In this document: positions 33,152-42,869 of the stretch, piece by piece | Position numbering within the stretch: the first letter of the stretch is position 1 | Layout of the letters: every line of letters starts with the position of its first letter | Source of the DNA: an uncultured Gemmatimonadales bacterium | GTDB taxonomy: Bacteria; Gemmatimonadota; Gemmatimonadetes; Gemmatimonadales; GWC2-71-9 | Reading direction: 5' to 3' | Length of the DNA stretch: 64,000 nt | Assembly (NCBI GenBank): GCA_963821525.1 | Contig: CAWGED010000005.1 | Span: 480,001-544,000, forward strand | Notes under the pieces: model-generated | Seen by the model: only the letters and a program-made list of their open reading frames with translations | What the model was told of the DNA's origin: nothing | Databases searched by the model: none | Position numbers and translations under genes: made by a program

Positions 33152-33565
33152 ATGCTGGCGCCCAAGAGAGTCAAGTTCCGGAAGATGTTCAAAGGCCGGA
33201 CCAGGGGTCTGGCCACCCGGGGGAACGCAGTCTCCTTCGGAGACTACGGCCTCATGTCCATGGAGCCGGGCTGGGTAAGCAACCGGCAGATCGAAGCCGC
33301 CCGCGTCGCGCTGACTCGCGAGATGAAGCGCGGTGGCAAGGTGTGGATCCGGGTCTTCCCGGATAAGCCGATCACCAAGAAGCCGGCCGAGACCCGCATG
33401 GGTAAGGGCAAGGGCAATCCCGAGGGTTGGGTCGCAGTGGTGAGGCCGGGCCGGATTCTGTTCGAGGTGGAAGGGGTGGACGAGACGCTGGCGAAGAAGT
33501 CGCTGGCGCTGGCCGCGGCGAAGCTGCCGGTGATCACCCGGTTCGTGCACCGCCAGGAGGACTGA
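33152..33565 (+). CDS. rplP: 50S ribosomal protein L16
   Basis: [23 protein letters not shown]. Confidence 0.99.
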   Translation: MLAPKRVKFRKMFKGRTRGLATRGNAVSFGDYGLMSMEPGWVSNRQIEAARVALTREMKRGGKVWIRVFPDKPITKKPAETRMGKGKGNPEGWVAVVRPGRILFEVEGVDETLAKKSLALAAAKLPVITRFVHRQED

Positions 33566-33566
33566 G

Positions 33567-33770
33567 ATGAAGTTGAACGAACGGGATCAGCTGAAGCAGC
33601 TGTCGGTCGAAGAGCTGCGCAACAAGCTGGCCGAGCTCACCGAGGAGCGGTTCCGGCTGCGGTTCCGGTCGGCCACCGAGTCGGTGGACAACCCGATGCG
33701 GTTCCGGAGCCTGAGGCGGGACATCGCGCGACTGAAGACGTTGCTGCGGGCCCGCGAGCTGGGCGAGTAG
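33567..33770 (+). CDS. rpmC: 50S ribosomal protein L29
   Basis: [26 protein letters not shown]. Confidence 0.97.
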   Translation: MKLNERDQLKQLSVEELRNKLAELTEERFRLRFRSATESVDNPMRFRSLRRDIARLKTLLRARELGE

Positions 33771-33852
33771 TTCGTTGTTCGACGGTTCGTCGGTTTGAAA
33801 GACGGACCGGTGGACATCGAACCAATAGATATCGAACCGACGGACTCGAACG
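33770..33852. repeat. degenerate inverted tandem ~8-mer element (GTTCGWCG)n/(CGAACCRA)n
   Basis: gttcgtt gttcgacg gttcgtcg gtttga ... cgaaccaa..cgaaccga cggact cgaac. Confidence 0.6.
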
Positions 33853-33863
33853 ACAAGGGCAAC

Positions 33864-34136
33864 ATGACCGAGACGACTGACACCACGACCCGCCAACGGC
33901 GGAAGACCCGCACCGGAGTCGTGACCAGCGACAAGATGACCAAGACCGTAACGGTCTCGATGGTGCGGCGGTTCGCGCACCCGGCCTACGGCAAGCAGCT
34001 CACCCGCACCAAGACGGTGAAGGCCCGCGATGAACAGGGGGCCAAGGTGGGTGATACGGTGCGCATCATGGAGACGCGTCCGCTCGCCAAGACGGTTCGC
34101 TGGCGGGTGGTAGAAATCATCGAGCGGGCGAAATAG
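33864..34136 (+). CDS. rpsQ: 30S ribosomal protein S17
   Basis: [35 protein letters not shown]. Confidence 0.98.
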   Translation: MTETTDTTTRQRRKTRTGVVTSDKMTKTVTVSMVRRFAHPAYGKQLTRTKTVKARDEQGAKVGDTVRIMETRPLAKTVRWRVVEIIERAK

Positions 34137-34138
34137 GC

Positions 34139-34257
34139 GCAGGGGCGACCCTCGTGGTCCTTACCAGCCCAGGTGTAGGGGCGACCCTTGTGGTCGCCTA
34201 GCAGGGGCGGGCACAAGGCCCGCCCGAACGGGGTAAGGGCGACCCTCGTGGTCGCCC
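34139..34257. repeat. GTAG-type REP cluster (4 units)
   Basis: GTAGGGGCGACCCTTGTGGTCGCC (34175-34198), the inverted partner GGGCGGGCACAAGGCCCGCCC (34205-34225) and two variant copies. Confidence 0.85.
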
Positions 34258-34269
34258 AAAGAGGAAGCC

Positions 34270-34638
34270 ATGGTTCAGCAAGAATCGATCGTCAAAGTCG
34301 CGGACAACTCCGGCGCCCGGAAGGCGCTGGTCATCCGGGTGCTGGGCGGCAGCAAGCGCCGCTACGCCGGGATCGGCGACACCGTGGTGGTGACCATCAA
34401 GGATGCGATCCCCACCGGCCAGGTGAAGAAGGGCGACGTGGCGAAGGCGGTTCTGGTTCGCACCGTGAAGGAGACCCGCCGGAAGGACGGCTCCTACATC
34501 CGGTTCGACGAGAACGCGGTGGTGCTGATCAACGAGCAGGGCGAGCCCCGCGCCACCCGTATCTTCGGACCCGTCGCGCGCGAGCTCCGCGAGAAGAAGT
34601 ACATGAAGATCGTCTCGCTGGCTCCGGAGGTGCTGTAG
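34270..34638 (+). CDS. rplN: 50S ribosomal protein L14
   Basis: [26 protein letters not shown]. Confidence 0.99.
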   Translation: MVQQESIVKVADNSGARKALVIRVLGGSKRRYAGIGDTVVVTIKDAIPTGQVKKGDVAKAVLVRTVKETRRKDGSYIRFDENAVVLINEQGEPRATRIFGPVARELREKKYMKIVSLAPEVL

Positions 34639-34639
34639 C

Positions 34640-35020
34640 ATGAAGCCGCTGGTTTACAAGAAGGCGAAGCGGGTCCGTCACAAGCCCGCCGTCCGTCAGA
34701 AGCTCCATATCGCCAAGGGCGACATGGTGCAGGTCATCTCCGGCGATGAGAAGGGAAAGCGCGGGAAGGTGCTGCACGTCTTTCCCCGCACCGGCCGGGT
34801 GACGATCGAAGGTGTGAACGTGGTGAAGCGTCACCGCCGCCAGACCCAGACGACTCAGGGCGGCATCGTGGAGTTCCCGGCGCCGATCCATCACTCGAAG
34901 GCGATGCTGATCGATCCCAAGTCCGGCGCACCGACCCGCATCCGCCGGCGGAAGGACGCCGACGGGACGCTGGAGCGGATCGCCGTGACGTCGGGACAGC
35001 CGATTTTGAGGAACCGGTAA
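34640..35020 (+). CDS. rplX: 50S ribosomal protein L24
   Basis: [19 protein letters not shown] (KOW motif), APIHHS. Confidence 0.98.
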   Translation: MKPLVYKKAKRVRHKPAVRQKLHIAKGDMVQVISGDEKGKRGKVLHVFPRTGRVTIEGVNVVKRHRRQTQTTQGGIVEFPAPIHHSKAMLIDPKSGAPTRIRRRKDADGTLERIAVTSGQPILRNR

Positions 35021-35021
35021 G

Positions 35022-35714
35022 ATGGCGGAAACCAAAGAAAAGGCCGCGGAGAAGCCCGCAAAGAGCGGGAAGTCTCCCAAGGCCGAAGGCAAGGGGAAGG
35101 ACAAGGGCGCCGGGGCAGGCGCGACCGATCCGGCACCCAAGGCGGTCGAGGGGACGCCCCGGCTCAAGACCTACTACGACAAGGTCATCCGGCCGAACCT
35201 CGCAAAGGAGTTCGGGCTCACCAACACCCACCAGGTGCCCCGGATTCTCAAGGTGGTGCTGAACGTGGGCATGGGTGAAGCGGCGCGGACGCCCAAGATG
35301 CTCGACGCGGTGGTGGACGAGCTGGGAGTGATCACCGGCCAGAAGGCGACGATTCGCCGCTCCAAGAAGGCGATCGCGAACTTCAATCTGCGGGCGGGCT
35401 TGCCGGTCGGTGCGACGGTTACCCTGCGAGGCGCCCGGATGTACGAGTTCCTGGACCGCTTCATCAACATCGCGGTGCCCCGGATTCGCGACTTCCGCGG
35501 GCTGCCGAACAAGAGCTTCGATGGACGGGGGAACTACACCCTCGGCATCAAGGAGCAGATGATCTTCCCCGAGATCGACTTCGACAAGGTCGAGAAGATC
35601 CACGGGATGGACATCACGGTCGTAACCAACGCGGGCCGTGACGACCTGGCCATGTCGTTGCTGAGGGAGTTTGGCTGGCCGTTCCGGGGCGAGACGCCTC
35701 TGCGAGTAGCGTAG
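35022..35714 (+). CDS. rplE: 50S ribosomal protein L5 with a Lys-rich N-terminal extension
   Basis: KVVLNVGMGE, ITGQK, PRIRDFRG, FDGRGNYTLGIKEQMIFPEI. Confidence 0.99.
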   Translation: MAETKEKAAEKPAKSGKSPKAEGKGKDKGAGAGATDPAPKAVEGTPRLKTYYDKVIRPNLAKEFGLTNTHQVPRILKVVLNVGMGEAARTPKMLDAVVDELGVITGQKATIRRSKKAIANFNLRAGLPVGATVTLRGARMYEFLDRFINIAVPRIRDFRGLPNKSFDGRGNYTLGIKEQMIFPEIDFDKVEKIHGMDITVVTNAGRDDLAMSLLREFGWPFRGETPLRVA

Positions 35715-35720
35715 GCCAAA

Positions 35721-35825
35721 AGCGTAAGCGGTAAGCAGTGAGCGGTGAGCGGGCTGTAGAAGAGAGTCAGGTCTTCGGGGTGTCAGGGCCGTCGGCCCGC
35801 TCACCGCTTACCGCTCACCGCTCAC
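35721..35825. repeat. inverted tandem-heptamer element (GCGGTRA)n/(TYACCGC)n
   Basis: gcgtaa gcggtaa gcagtga gcggtga gcggg ... cccgc tcaccgc ttaccgc tcaccgc tcac. Confidence 0.9.
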
Positions 35826-35852
35826 CTGACACGGAGCAGTAGGAGAAGCCGA

Positions 35853-36038
35853 ATGGCAAAAACCTGTTGGATTGAGCGGGCCAAGCGTACACCGAAATTC
35901 AAGGTACGGGCCGTCCGTCGCTGCCAGCGCTGTGGGCGCTCGCGCGCGACACTGCGGAAGTTCGGCCTGTGCCGCATCTGTTTCCGAGAGCTCGCGCTCC
36001 GCGGGGAGATCCCCGGGGTTCGCAAGGCCAGCTGGTAG
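35853..36038 (+). CDS. rpsZ: 30S ribosomal protein S14 type Z (zinc-binding)
   Basis: 61 aa, [17 protein letters not shown]. Confidence 0.97.
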   Translation: MAKTCWIERAKRTPKFKVRAVRRCQRCGRSRATLRKFGLCRICFRELALRGEIPGVRKASW

Positions 36039-36053
36039 GAGAGGACCTGACGC

Positions 36054-36449
36054 ATGAGCATGACTGATCCCCTGGCGGACATGTTGACCCGCATCCGGAA
36101 CGCCTGCGCGGCAGGCCACCGGCGCGTGGACATCCCGGTCTCCAAGCTGAAGAGCGAGCTGGCGCGGCTGCTGCGCGACAACCATTACATCGCGGACTTC
36201 AAGATCCTCGACGATGGCTCGCACGGTGTCCTGCGGCTCTATCTCAAATACCACGATGAGCAGCCGGTCATCCGGGAGTTGCGCCGAGTCTCGACGCCCG
36301 GACTCCGCCGCTACGTGAAGTCGCGTGAGATCCCGCGGGTCAAGAATGGCCTCGGCATGGCCATCGTCTCGACCCCCAAGGGGCTGATGTCCGATCGGGA
36401 TGCCCGATCGGCCAACCTTGGCGGCGAGCTGCTCGCCCTCGTCTGGTAA
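36054..36449 (+). CDS. rpsH: 30S ribosomal protein S8
   Basis: DPLADMLTRIRN, RVSTPGLRRY, STPKG. Confidence 0.99.
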   Translation: MSMTDPLADMLTRIRNACAAGHRRVDIPVSKLKSELARLLRDNHYIADFKILDDGSHGVLRLYLKYHDEQPVIRELRRVSTPGLRRYVKSREIPRVKNGLGMAIVSTPKGLMSDRDARSANLGGELLALVW

Positions 36450-36455
36450 GCGACC

Positions 36456-36995
36456 ATGTCCCGAATCGGCAAAAAGCCCGTCGCGGTGCCCAAGGGCGTC
36501 ACGGTGACGCTCAGCGGCAACTCCGTGTCGGTAAAGGGGCCCAAGGGTGAACTGGCCCGCACCTTCCATCCCGAGATGACGCTGGCGATGGAAGGAGACA
36601 ACGTCACCGTCTCCCGTCCCAGCGACGAGACCCGGCACAAGGCACTGCACGGCCTCTCGCGCACCCTGCTCGCCAACATGGTGGAAGGGGTGACGAAGGG
36701 GTACAAGAAGACGCTGGAGATCCAGGGCGTCGGCTACAAGGCCGAGACCAAGCCCTTCGGTCTCCAGTTGAGCCTGGGCTTCTCCCACCCGGTGCAGTAC
36801 AAGGCGCCGGCCGGGATCAAGTTCGCGGTCGAGAACAACACGGTGGTGAAGATCGAAGGCGCCGACAAGGAAATGGTCGGCCAGGTCGCCGCCGAGCTGC
36901 GTAACATGCGTCCGCCCGAGCCTTACAAAGGCAAGGGCATCCGGTACCAGGGCGAGCAGGTTCGCCGCAAGGCCGGCAAGACAGGAGCGAAGTAA
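36456..36995 (+). CDS. rplF: 50S ribosomal protein L6
   Basis: [20 protein letters not shown]. Confidence 0.99.
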   Translation: MSRIGKKPVAVPKGVTVTLSGNSVSVKGPKGELARTFHPEMTLAMEGDNVTVSRPSDETRHKALHGLSRTLLANMVEGVTKGYKKTLEIQGVGYKAETKPFGLQLSLGFSHPVQYKAPAGIKFAVENNTVVKIEGADKEMVGQVAAELRNMRPPEPYKGKGIRYQGEQVRRKAGKTGAK

Positions 36996-36997
36996 TC

Positions 36998-37369
36998 ATG
37001 CGCGCGATCAAGTCGCCCTCCACGCGGCAGGAGCTGCGTTACCGCCGTCACCTGCGGGTGCGGAAGAAGGTGACCGGCACGGCCGGGCGTCCCCGCCTCG
37101 TCGTGTTCCGTTCACTGAAGCACATCTATGCCCAGCTGGTCGATGACGACCGCGGGATCTGCATCCTCGGCGTGAGCGATCTGAGCGACGGCGTGAAGGC
37201 TGATGGCGCCGGCAAGGTGGGCAAGGGCAAGGCTGTCGGCAAAGCCCTGGCGGAGAAGGCCAAGGCCGCGGGAGTGAGCAAGGTGGTCTTCGACCGGGCA
37301 GGTTACCGTTATCATGGCCGCGTCAAGGCGGTTGCCGAAGGCGCGCGCGAAGCCGGACTGGAGTTCTAA
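36998..37369 (+). CDS. rplR: 50S ribosomal protein L18
   Basis: [31 protein letters not shown]. Confidence 0.99.
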   Translation: MRAIKSPSTRQELRYRRHLRVRKKVTGTAGRPRLVVFRSLKHIYAQLVDDDRGICILGVSDLSDGVKADGAGKVGKGKAVGKALAEKAKAAGVSKVVFDRAGYRYHGRVKAVAEGAREAGLEF

Positions 37370-37371
37370 GC

Positions 37372-38034
37372 ATGGCAGATCAGGAACAGGCAGCGGCGCC
37401 GGGCGCCGAGACACCCGCGAGTCCCCCGACTGGTGAAGCGCCGGCCGGGCGGGGCCGGGGCCGTGGTCGTGGTCGTGGTGGCGAGCGCGGCGGCAAGCGC
37501 GATCGGGACCGGGACCGTGAGCGCGAGCACAGCGAGTTCGTCGAGAACGTGGTCGCGATCAACCGGGTGGCGAAGGTCGTCAAGGGCGGCCGGCGCTTCT
37601 CGTTCAACGCTCTGGTCGCCGTCGGCGATGGCAAGGGCAAGGTCGGCATCGCAACCGGCAAGGCGAACGAAGTCTCGGAAGCGGTGCGCAAGGCGGTTGA
37701 TGCCGCCAAGCGGTCGATGATCGAGCTGCCCCGGATCGGCGCCACGATTCCGCACGAGGTCGTGGGTCGCCACGGAGCCGGTCGGGTGCTGCTCAAGCCC
37801 GCAGCGAGCGGAACCGGAGTCATCGCCGGTGGTCCGGTGCGCGCGGTGCTCGAGTGCGCCGGGATCACCGACATCCTGACCAAGAGCCTGGGCTCCAATA
37901 ATCCGCACAACATGGTGCGGGCGACCATGCAGGGACTTTCCAGTCTGGTCACGGTGCGCCAGATCGCACGGGAACGCGGGATCGAGGTGGATTCAATTCC
38001 CTACCGTGCCCCGCAGGAGGTAACCCGTGGGTAG
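37372..38034 (+). CDS. rpsE: 30S ribosomal protein S5 with an RG/RD-rich N-terminal extension
   Basis: [32 protein letters not shown]. Confidence 0.99.
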   Translation: MADQEQAAAPGAETPASPPTGEAPAGRGRGRGRGRGGERGGKRDRDRDREREHSEFVENVVAINRVAKVVKGGRRFSFNALVAVGDGKGKVGIATGKANEVSEAVRKAVDAAKRSMIELPRIGATIPHEVVGRHGAGRVLLKPAASGTGVIAGGPVRAVLECAGITDILTKSLGSNNPHNMVRATMQGLSSLVTVRQIARERGIEVDSIPYRAPQEVTRG

Positions 38035-38287
38035 GAATCCAGCTGTCGGCCGGCAGGGTCCGGCCCATCACGAGGCGAAGATTCCCGGCGAGAAGGCCGC
38101 CAAGGTCCTCGAGGTGAAGCAGATTCGCTCGGTGATCGGACGTCCGGAGACCATGCGGAGAACGCTCGCGGCCCTGGGGCTGCGGCATCACCAGCAGACG
38201 GTGAAGGTGCCGAACAACGCCTCGATCCGGGGTATGCTGTTCAAGGTGCGTCACATGGTGACCGTGGCGCCGGCGGAGAAGAACTGA
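38027..38287 (+). CDS. rpmD: 50S ribosomal protein L30 (N-terminal extension)
   Basis: [29 protein letters not shown]. Confidence 0.95.
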   Translation: MGRNPAVGRQGPAHHEAKIPGEKAAKVLEVKQIRSVIGRPETMRRTLAALGLRHHQQTVKVPNNASIRGMLFKVRHMVTVAPAEKN

Positions 38288-38745
38288 TGAACGACGAGAC
38301 CAAGCGGATTTCGCTTTCCACTCTGTCTCCGGCTCGCGGCTCGCGCACGGCGCGGAAGCGGGTGGGACGGGGACCCGGCTCCGGCCTCGGCAAGACGTCG
38401 GGCAAGGGCAACAAGGGTCATAAGGCCCGCACCGGCGGCGGCACCAATCCTGGCTTCGAAGGCGGCCAGATGCCGATGTATCGGCGGCTGCCAAAGCGGG
38501 GCTTCACCAACCCGTTCAAGGTGGTGGCCCAGCCGGTCAACGTGAAGCATCTGGAGAAGCTCGCCGCGGCCGAGGTCAATCCTGATACGTTGTTTGCAGC
38601 CGGCCTGATCGCCAAGCGGGACGTAGCGGTGAAGCTGCTGGGTACCGGGGACATCAACCGGGCCTATACCGTCAGCGGCATCGCGCTCTCGGCTTCGGCC
38701 CGCGGCAAGATCGAGAAGGCCGGCGGGAAGATCGAAGAGGCATGA
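38287..38745 (+). CDS. rplO: 50S ribosomal protein L15
   Basis: RVGRGPGSGLGKTSG, FEGGQMPMYRRLPKRGF. Confidence 0.99.
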   Translation: MNDETKRISLSTLSPARGSRTARKRVGRGPGSGLGKTSGKGNKGHKARTGGGTNPGFEGGQMPMYRRLPKRGFTNPFKVVAQPVNVKHLEKLAAAEVNPDTLFAAGLIAKRDVAVKLLGTGDINRAYTVSGIALSASARGKIEKAGGKIEEA

Positions 38746-40052
38746 CCGCACCACGCCCAAGCCTCGGACTGGATCCCGAGCTGCAGCGGAAACTCGGCTT
38801 CACCCTCCTTTGCCTGGTCATCTACCGGGTCGGCGCGCACATCGTCGCCCCCGGTGTCAACGTCCAGGCGCTGGCCGATTTCATTCAGAATTCGGCCGCG
38901 GCCGGCTTCTTCGGACTCTACGATACCCTGGGTGGCGGCCTGTCCCGCGCGACGGTGTTCGCGCTGGGCATCATGCCCTACATCTCGGCCTCCATCATCT
39001 TCCAGCTGGCGGGTGGTATCGTGCCGTCGGTCGGCAAGATGCAGAAGGACGAGGAGGGGAAGAAGAAGCTCACCCAGTGGACCCGGTATCTCACGGTCTT
39101 CATCGCGCTGTCCCAGGCCTACACCTTCACGCTGTTCACCGAGTCCATCCCGGGTGCCGTTCCGGCGCCCACCTTCTGGACTCGCCTCACGATGGTCGTC
39201 GTGCTCACGACGGGCGCCGTCTTCGTGATGTGGCTGGGTGAGCAGATCACGGAGCGGGGCATCGGTAACGGGATGAGTCTCTTGATCACGTTCTCGATTC
39301 TCGACCGGTTGTGGCCCGGGATGGTGAACGCGGTCCAGTTCTGGAAGTCGGGCGCCCTGACGCTGCCCAAGATCGTCCTGTTCGCGGCGATCCTGGTTGC
39401 GGTCACGGCTGCCGTCGTGGGAATGACCATCGCCGCACGACGGATTCCGGTCCAAATCCCGAGGAAGGTGATGGGGCGCGGTCGGATGACCCAGGGCCAG
39501 AAGACCTTCATCCCGATCCGGCTGATCACCGCCGGCGTGATGCCGATCATCTTCGCCCAGACGATCATCATCGTCCCCGGCACGCTGGCCAGCTTCACCA
39601 AGAACGAGTGGCTGCGCTCGATTGCCGATTTCTTCACCCCGGGCGAGCTGCCCTACGACTTGACCTTCGCGGTCATGATCCTGCTCTTCAGCTACTTCTA
39701 CACGTCCATCATCTTCAACTCGGTGGACCTGGCGGAGAACTTGAAGAAGCAGGGCGGGTTCATTCCGGGCGTGAAGCCGGGTTCCAGCACCGCCGATTAC
39801 ATCGACACGGTGCTGGCGCGGGTGACGCTGCCGGGAGCTCTGTTCCTGGCCTTGATCGCCCTGGTTCCGAGCTTCCTCACCAAGCAGCTGGGCTTCCAGC
39901 AGCAGTTCGGCTCGACCTCGGTCCTGATCGTGGTCGGCGTGCTGCTCGACACTCTGGCCCAGATCGAACAGCACCGGACTCTGCGGAAGTACGACAGCTT
40001 CATGAAGAGCGGACGCATCAAGTTCCGAGGGCGGCAACAGCGGTACATGTAG
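38742..40052 (+). CDS. secY: preprotein translocase subunit SecY
   Basis: FALGIMPYISASII, WLGEQITERGIGNGMSL, AENLKKQGGFIPGVKPG. Confidence 0.99.
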   Translation: MTAPRPSLGLDPELQRKLGFTLLCLVIYRVGAHIVAPGVNVQALADFIQNSAAAGFFGLYDTLGGGLSRATVFALGIMPYISASIIFQLAGGIVPSVGKMQKDEEGKKKLTQWTRYLTVFIALSQAYTFTLFTESIPGAVPAPTFWTRLTMVVVLTTGAVFVMWLGEQITERGIGNGMSLLITFSILDRLWPGMVNAVQFWKSGALTLPKIVLFAAILVAVTAAVVGMTIAARRIPVQIPRKVMGRGRMTQGQKTFIPIRLITAGVMPIIFAQTIIIVPGTLASFTKNEWLRSIADFFTPGELPYDLTFAVMILLFSYFYTSIIFNSVDLAENLKKQGGFIPGVKPGSSTADYIDTVLARVTLPGALFLALIALVPSFLTKQLGFQQQFGSTSVLIVVGVLLDTLAQIEQHRTLRKYDSFMKSGRIKFRGRQQRYM

Positions 40053-40060
40053 GGGCGGGG

Positions 40061-40120
40061 AAGCGAGCGGTGATCGGCATGCGCCTTCGCCGGGCATGTG
40101 TCGCTCACCGCTCACCGCTT
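40061..40120. repeat. short inverted heptamer element (GCGGTGA)/(TCACCGC)n
   Basis: aagcgagcggtgatcgg ... tcgctcaccgctcaccgctt; same family as 35721-35825. Confidence 0.65.
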
Positions 40121-40147
40121 CTGGCACTGAGCAAAGGACTGTCCGGC

Positions 40148-40573
40148 ATGATGAACCTGGTCGGTCGCGGAATGACGATCGCCGCTCTTGCCACCACCGT
40201 CTGGACCACCTTGGCCGCCGGTTGCAAGGGCACCGAGCCCAATGAGCGACCAGTGGAAACGGGTGCGGCTATCCTGCTTAATCTGGATGGACGGCGGATT
40301 GTCCGAGTAGACGCTTCCGGGCGGGATACTACGACACTCCTCGATGACCCCACTGCCCAGTACCTGGGATTGAATCCGGCGCCGGATGGCAGCGTTATTC
40401 TGTTGAATCTGCTATCGGGCGGTAGCACAGTTCCCGGGCCTCTGTATCAGGTCTTTCCCGACGGCCATGGTCTCGCGCCCTTTTCCGGTCCTGGCGACAA
40501 CGCAATCTGGTCGCCCGCCGACGGACTGAGGACTGACTGTCGCCGATTACGGAAGTGGGCCCTCAGTCTCTGA
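40148..40573 (+). pseudogene. truncated lipoprotein with TolB/PD40-like beta-propeller blades
   Basis: Signal with lipobox LAAGC, then PAPDGSVIL, LYQVFPDGHG, AIWSP. The protein-like sequence stops exactly where a GGACTGA array begins (40523). Confidence 0.55.
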
Positions 40574-40672
40574 TCGTGGACCTTACCGGCGCGGAGTACA
40601 CCTCCCGCCGGAGTTGGATGCCGACGCCGAGGACTTCCTCTCGTCACGACGGTCCTCAGTCCTTAGTCCTTT
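40523..40672. repeat. inverted tandem-heptamer element (GGACTGA)n/(TYAGTCC)n
   Basis: ggactga ggactga ... ggtcc tcagtcc ttagtcc ttt; same family as 8136-8222. Confidence 0.7.
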
Positions 40673-40700
40673 ACCTCGTCTCACTCGTGAGCGTACCGAC

Positions 40701-41264
40701 ATGGACATCCTCCTCCTTGGCCCTCCGGGCGCCGGCAAAGGCACACAGGGCGCGTTGCTCGCCGAGCGTCTCGGCCTGCCCAAGTTTGCCACCGGTGATC
40801 TGCTGCGCGACGCGGTGAAGCGGGCGACCCCGGTCGGCCTCAAGGCGAAGGCCGTGATGGAAGCCGGCCACCTGGTGAATGACGAGATCATCATGGGGGT
40901 GGTCCGGGACGAACTGGCCAAGCCGGAAGCGGGGAAGGGTGTAATCTTCGACGGTGTGGTCCGGACCGTTCCTCAGGCCGAGGGGGTCACCGCCCTGCTC
41001 GGCGAGAAGAGTCGCAAGATCGATTTCGCATTGTTCTTCGACGTGTCGGACGCGGAGATCCTCGGCCGGCTGGCCAAGCGGCGCACGCTGGAGCACCGGG
41101 CCGATGACGACCCCAAGGCGGTCGCCACGAGGCTCGAGGCCTACCGGGCCCAGACGGCGCCGGTGCTGGATTGGTACCGGAAGAACGGCGCCCTGCACAC
41201 CATCCAGGCGGTGGGATCGGTGCAGGAAATTTCGGATCGGGTCAGGGAGGTGCTTGGGAAATGA
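40701..41264 (+). CDS. adk: adenylate kinase (short, LID-less type)
   Basis: LLGPPGAGKGTQ, TGDLLR, RADDDP, YRAQTAPVL. Confidence 0.97.
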   Translation: MDILLLGPPGAGKGTQGALLAERLGLPKFATGDLLRDAVKRATPVGLKAKAVMEAGHLVNDEIIMGVVRDELAKPEAGKGVIFDGVVRTVPQAEGVTALLGEKSRKIDFALFFDVSDAEILGRLAKRRTLEHRADDDPKAVATRLEAYRAQTAPVLDWYRKNGALHTIQAVGSVQEISDRVREVLGK

Positions 41265-41265
41265 G

Positions 41266-41350
41266 TGAAATTGAAAATTGAAAATTGATAATTGAAAATT
41301 TGAAGAGCTGTTCAATCTTCAATTTGCAATTTTCAATCTTCAATTCTTCA
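41266..41350. repeat. AT-rich inverted tandem-heptamer element (AAATTGA)n/(TCAATYT)n
   Basis: tgaaat tgaaaat tgaaaat tgataat tgaaaat ttgaa ... ttcaatc ttcaatt tgcaatt ttcaatc ttcaatt. Confidence 0.92.
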
Positions 41351-41367
41351 CGTGTCGGCAGATACTG

Positions 41368-42117
41368 ATGATTACCATCAAGTCTCCCCGGGAAATCGAA
41401 ATCATGGCGCGAGCCGGGCACATCGTGGCCCAGACCCTCGCCCTGATGCACGAGAGTGTCCGGCCGGGAATCAGCACCGGGGAGCTGGACGGGATCGCCG
41501 AGCGTTTCATCCGCAGTCACCCGGGGGCCAAGCCGTCCTTCAAGGGCCTCTACGGGTTCCCCAAGACGCTGTGTACTTCGATCAACGAAGAGATCGTGCA
41601 CGGCATCCCCAGCGCCAAGCGCGTCCTGCACGAGGGGAACATCGTCAGCGTCGATGTGGGCGTATTCCTCGAAGGGCTCCACGCCGACTCGGCGACGACC
41701 ATTCCGGTCGGGGAAATAGCCCCTGAAACCGCACGGCTGCTCAAGGTGACCCAGGAGTGCCTGGCCGCCGGCATCGCCGCCGCCAAGCTGGGCAATCATG
41801 TGGGAGACATCGGCCACGCCGTCCAGCAGGTCGCGGAGGGCGCCGGGTTCGGTGTGGTGCGGGAGCTGGTGGGCCACGGCATCGGCACCCAGTTCCACGA
41901 GGAACCCCAGGTGCCGAACCACGGGCAGCCCAAGCGGGGGCCGCGTCTCACCGAAGGGATGACCATCGCGATCGAGCCGATGATCACGATGGGCCACTAC
42001 GCCACCAGGACACTTCCTGACCGCTGGACCGTAGTGACAACGGATGGCAGCCTCTCAGCCCACTTCGAGCACACCGTCGCGATCGGCCAGAACGGAGCGA
42101 GAGTCCTCACGGCATAG
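41368..42117 (+). CDS. map: type I methionyl aminopeptidase
   Basis: CTSINEEIVHGIP, DSATT, GHGIG..FHEEP, AIEPM, SAHFEHTV. Confidence 0.98.
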   Translation: MITIKSPREIEIMARAGHIVAQTLALMHESVRPGISTGELDGIAERFIRSHPGAKPSFKGLYGFPKTLCTSINEEIVHGIPSAKRVLHEGNIVSVDVGVFLEGLHADSATTIPVGEIAPETARLLKVTQECLAAGIAAAKLGNHVGDIGHAVQQVAEGAGFGVVRELVGHGIGTQFHEEPQVPNHGQPKRGPRLTEGMTIAIEPMITMGHYATRTLPDRWTVVTTDGSLSAHFEHTVAIGQNGARVLTA

Positions 42118-42124
42118 CCGCCGG

Positions 42125-42865
42125 GTGCGATTTCCTCTCGCCGTCCTGCTGCTCGGCATCGCGGTTCTGGCCTGCGATGGCGCGCAGACCCAACCCAGCC
42201 CCGGCCGCCAGGTCAGGGTTCTCTTCATCGGCAACAGCCTGACCTACGCAAATGACCTGCCCGGTATGGTCGCTGCGTTGGCTGCGCGCTCGGGGGACGT
42301 GGTAGTTCAGACCAGCGTTTCCCTGCCCAATTACAGTCTCGCGGATCATTGGAACGACGGGAGGGCAGTCCAGGAGATCTCCCGGGGAGGCTGGGACATC
42401 GTCGTACTTCAACAGGGGCCCTCTTCACTGCCTGCCAGCCGGGTGGAGCTGGTGTTTGATGCGAAACGCTTTGCAGTCGAAGCAGCCAGGGTCGGGGCGA
42501 GAGTCGCCCTGTTCTCGGTCTGGCCATCCAGCGACAGACTTGCCTTCTTCGACGATGTGAGCGCTTCCTATGCGGCGGCGGCGGATTCGACGGACGGACT
42601 TCTGTTCCCCGCCGGTGAGGCCTGGCGGGCTGCCTGGCGCAGAGACCCGGGCCTCGAGCTATTTGGTCCGGATGGGTTCCACCCCACCGAACTCGGCAGT
42701 TACCTCGCTGCCTTGGTGCTCTACCAGCAGCTGACGGGACGTTCGCCCGCAGGTCTGGGGACATCTTTCGACTGGCCGGCCGGGCATCTGAACCTGACTG
42801 CAAGCCAGTCGAGCATTCTCGGGGAGTCCGCGGCCGAGGCCAACGGTCACTTCGCCCGTCCTTGA
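42125..42865 (+). CDS. SGNH/GDSL hydrolase-family lipoprotein
   Basis: Lipobox VLAC, VLFIGNSLT, WDIVVLQ, DGFHP. Confidence 0.85.
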   Translation: MRFPLAVLLLGIAVLACDGAQTQPSPGRQVRVLFIGNSLTYANDLPGMVAALAARSGDVVVQTSVSLPNYSLADHWNDGRAVQEISRGGWDIVVLQQGPSSLPASRVELVFDAKRFAVEAARVGARVALFSVWPSSDRLAFFDDVSASYAAAADSTDGLLFPAGEAWRAAWRRDPGLELFGPDGFHPTELGSYLAALVLYQQLTGRSPAGLGTSFDWPAGHLNLTASQSSILGESAAEANGHFARP

Positions 42866-42869
42866 CCTG

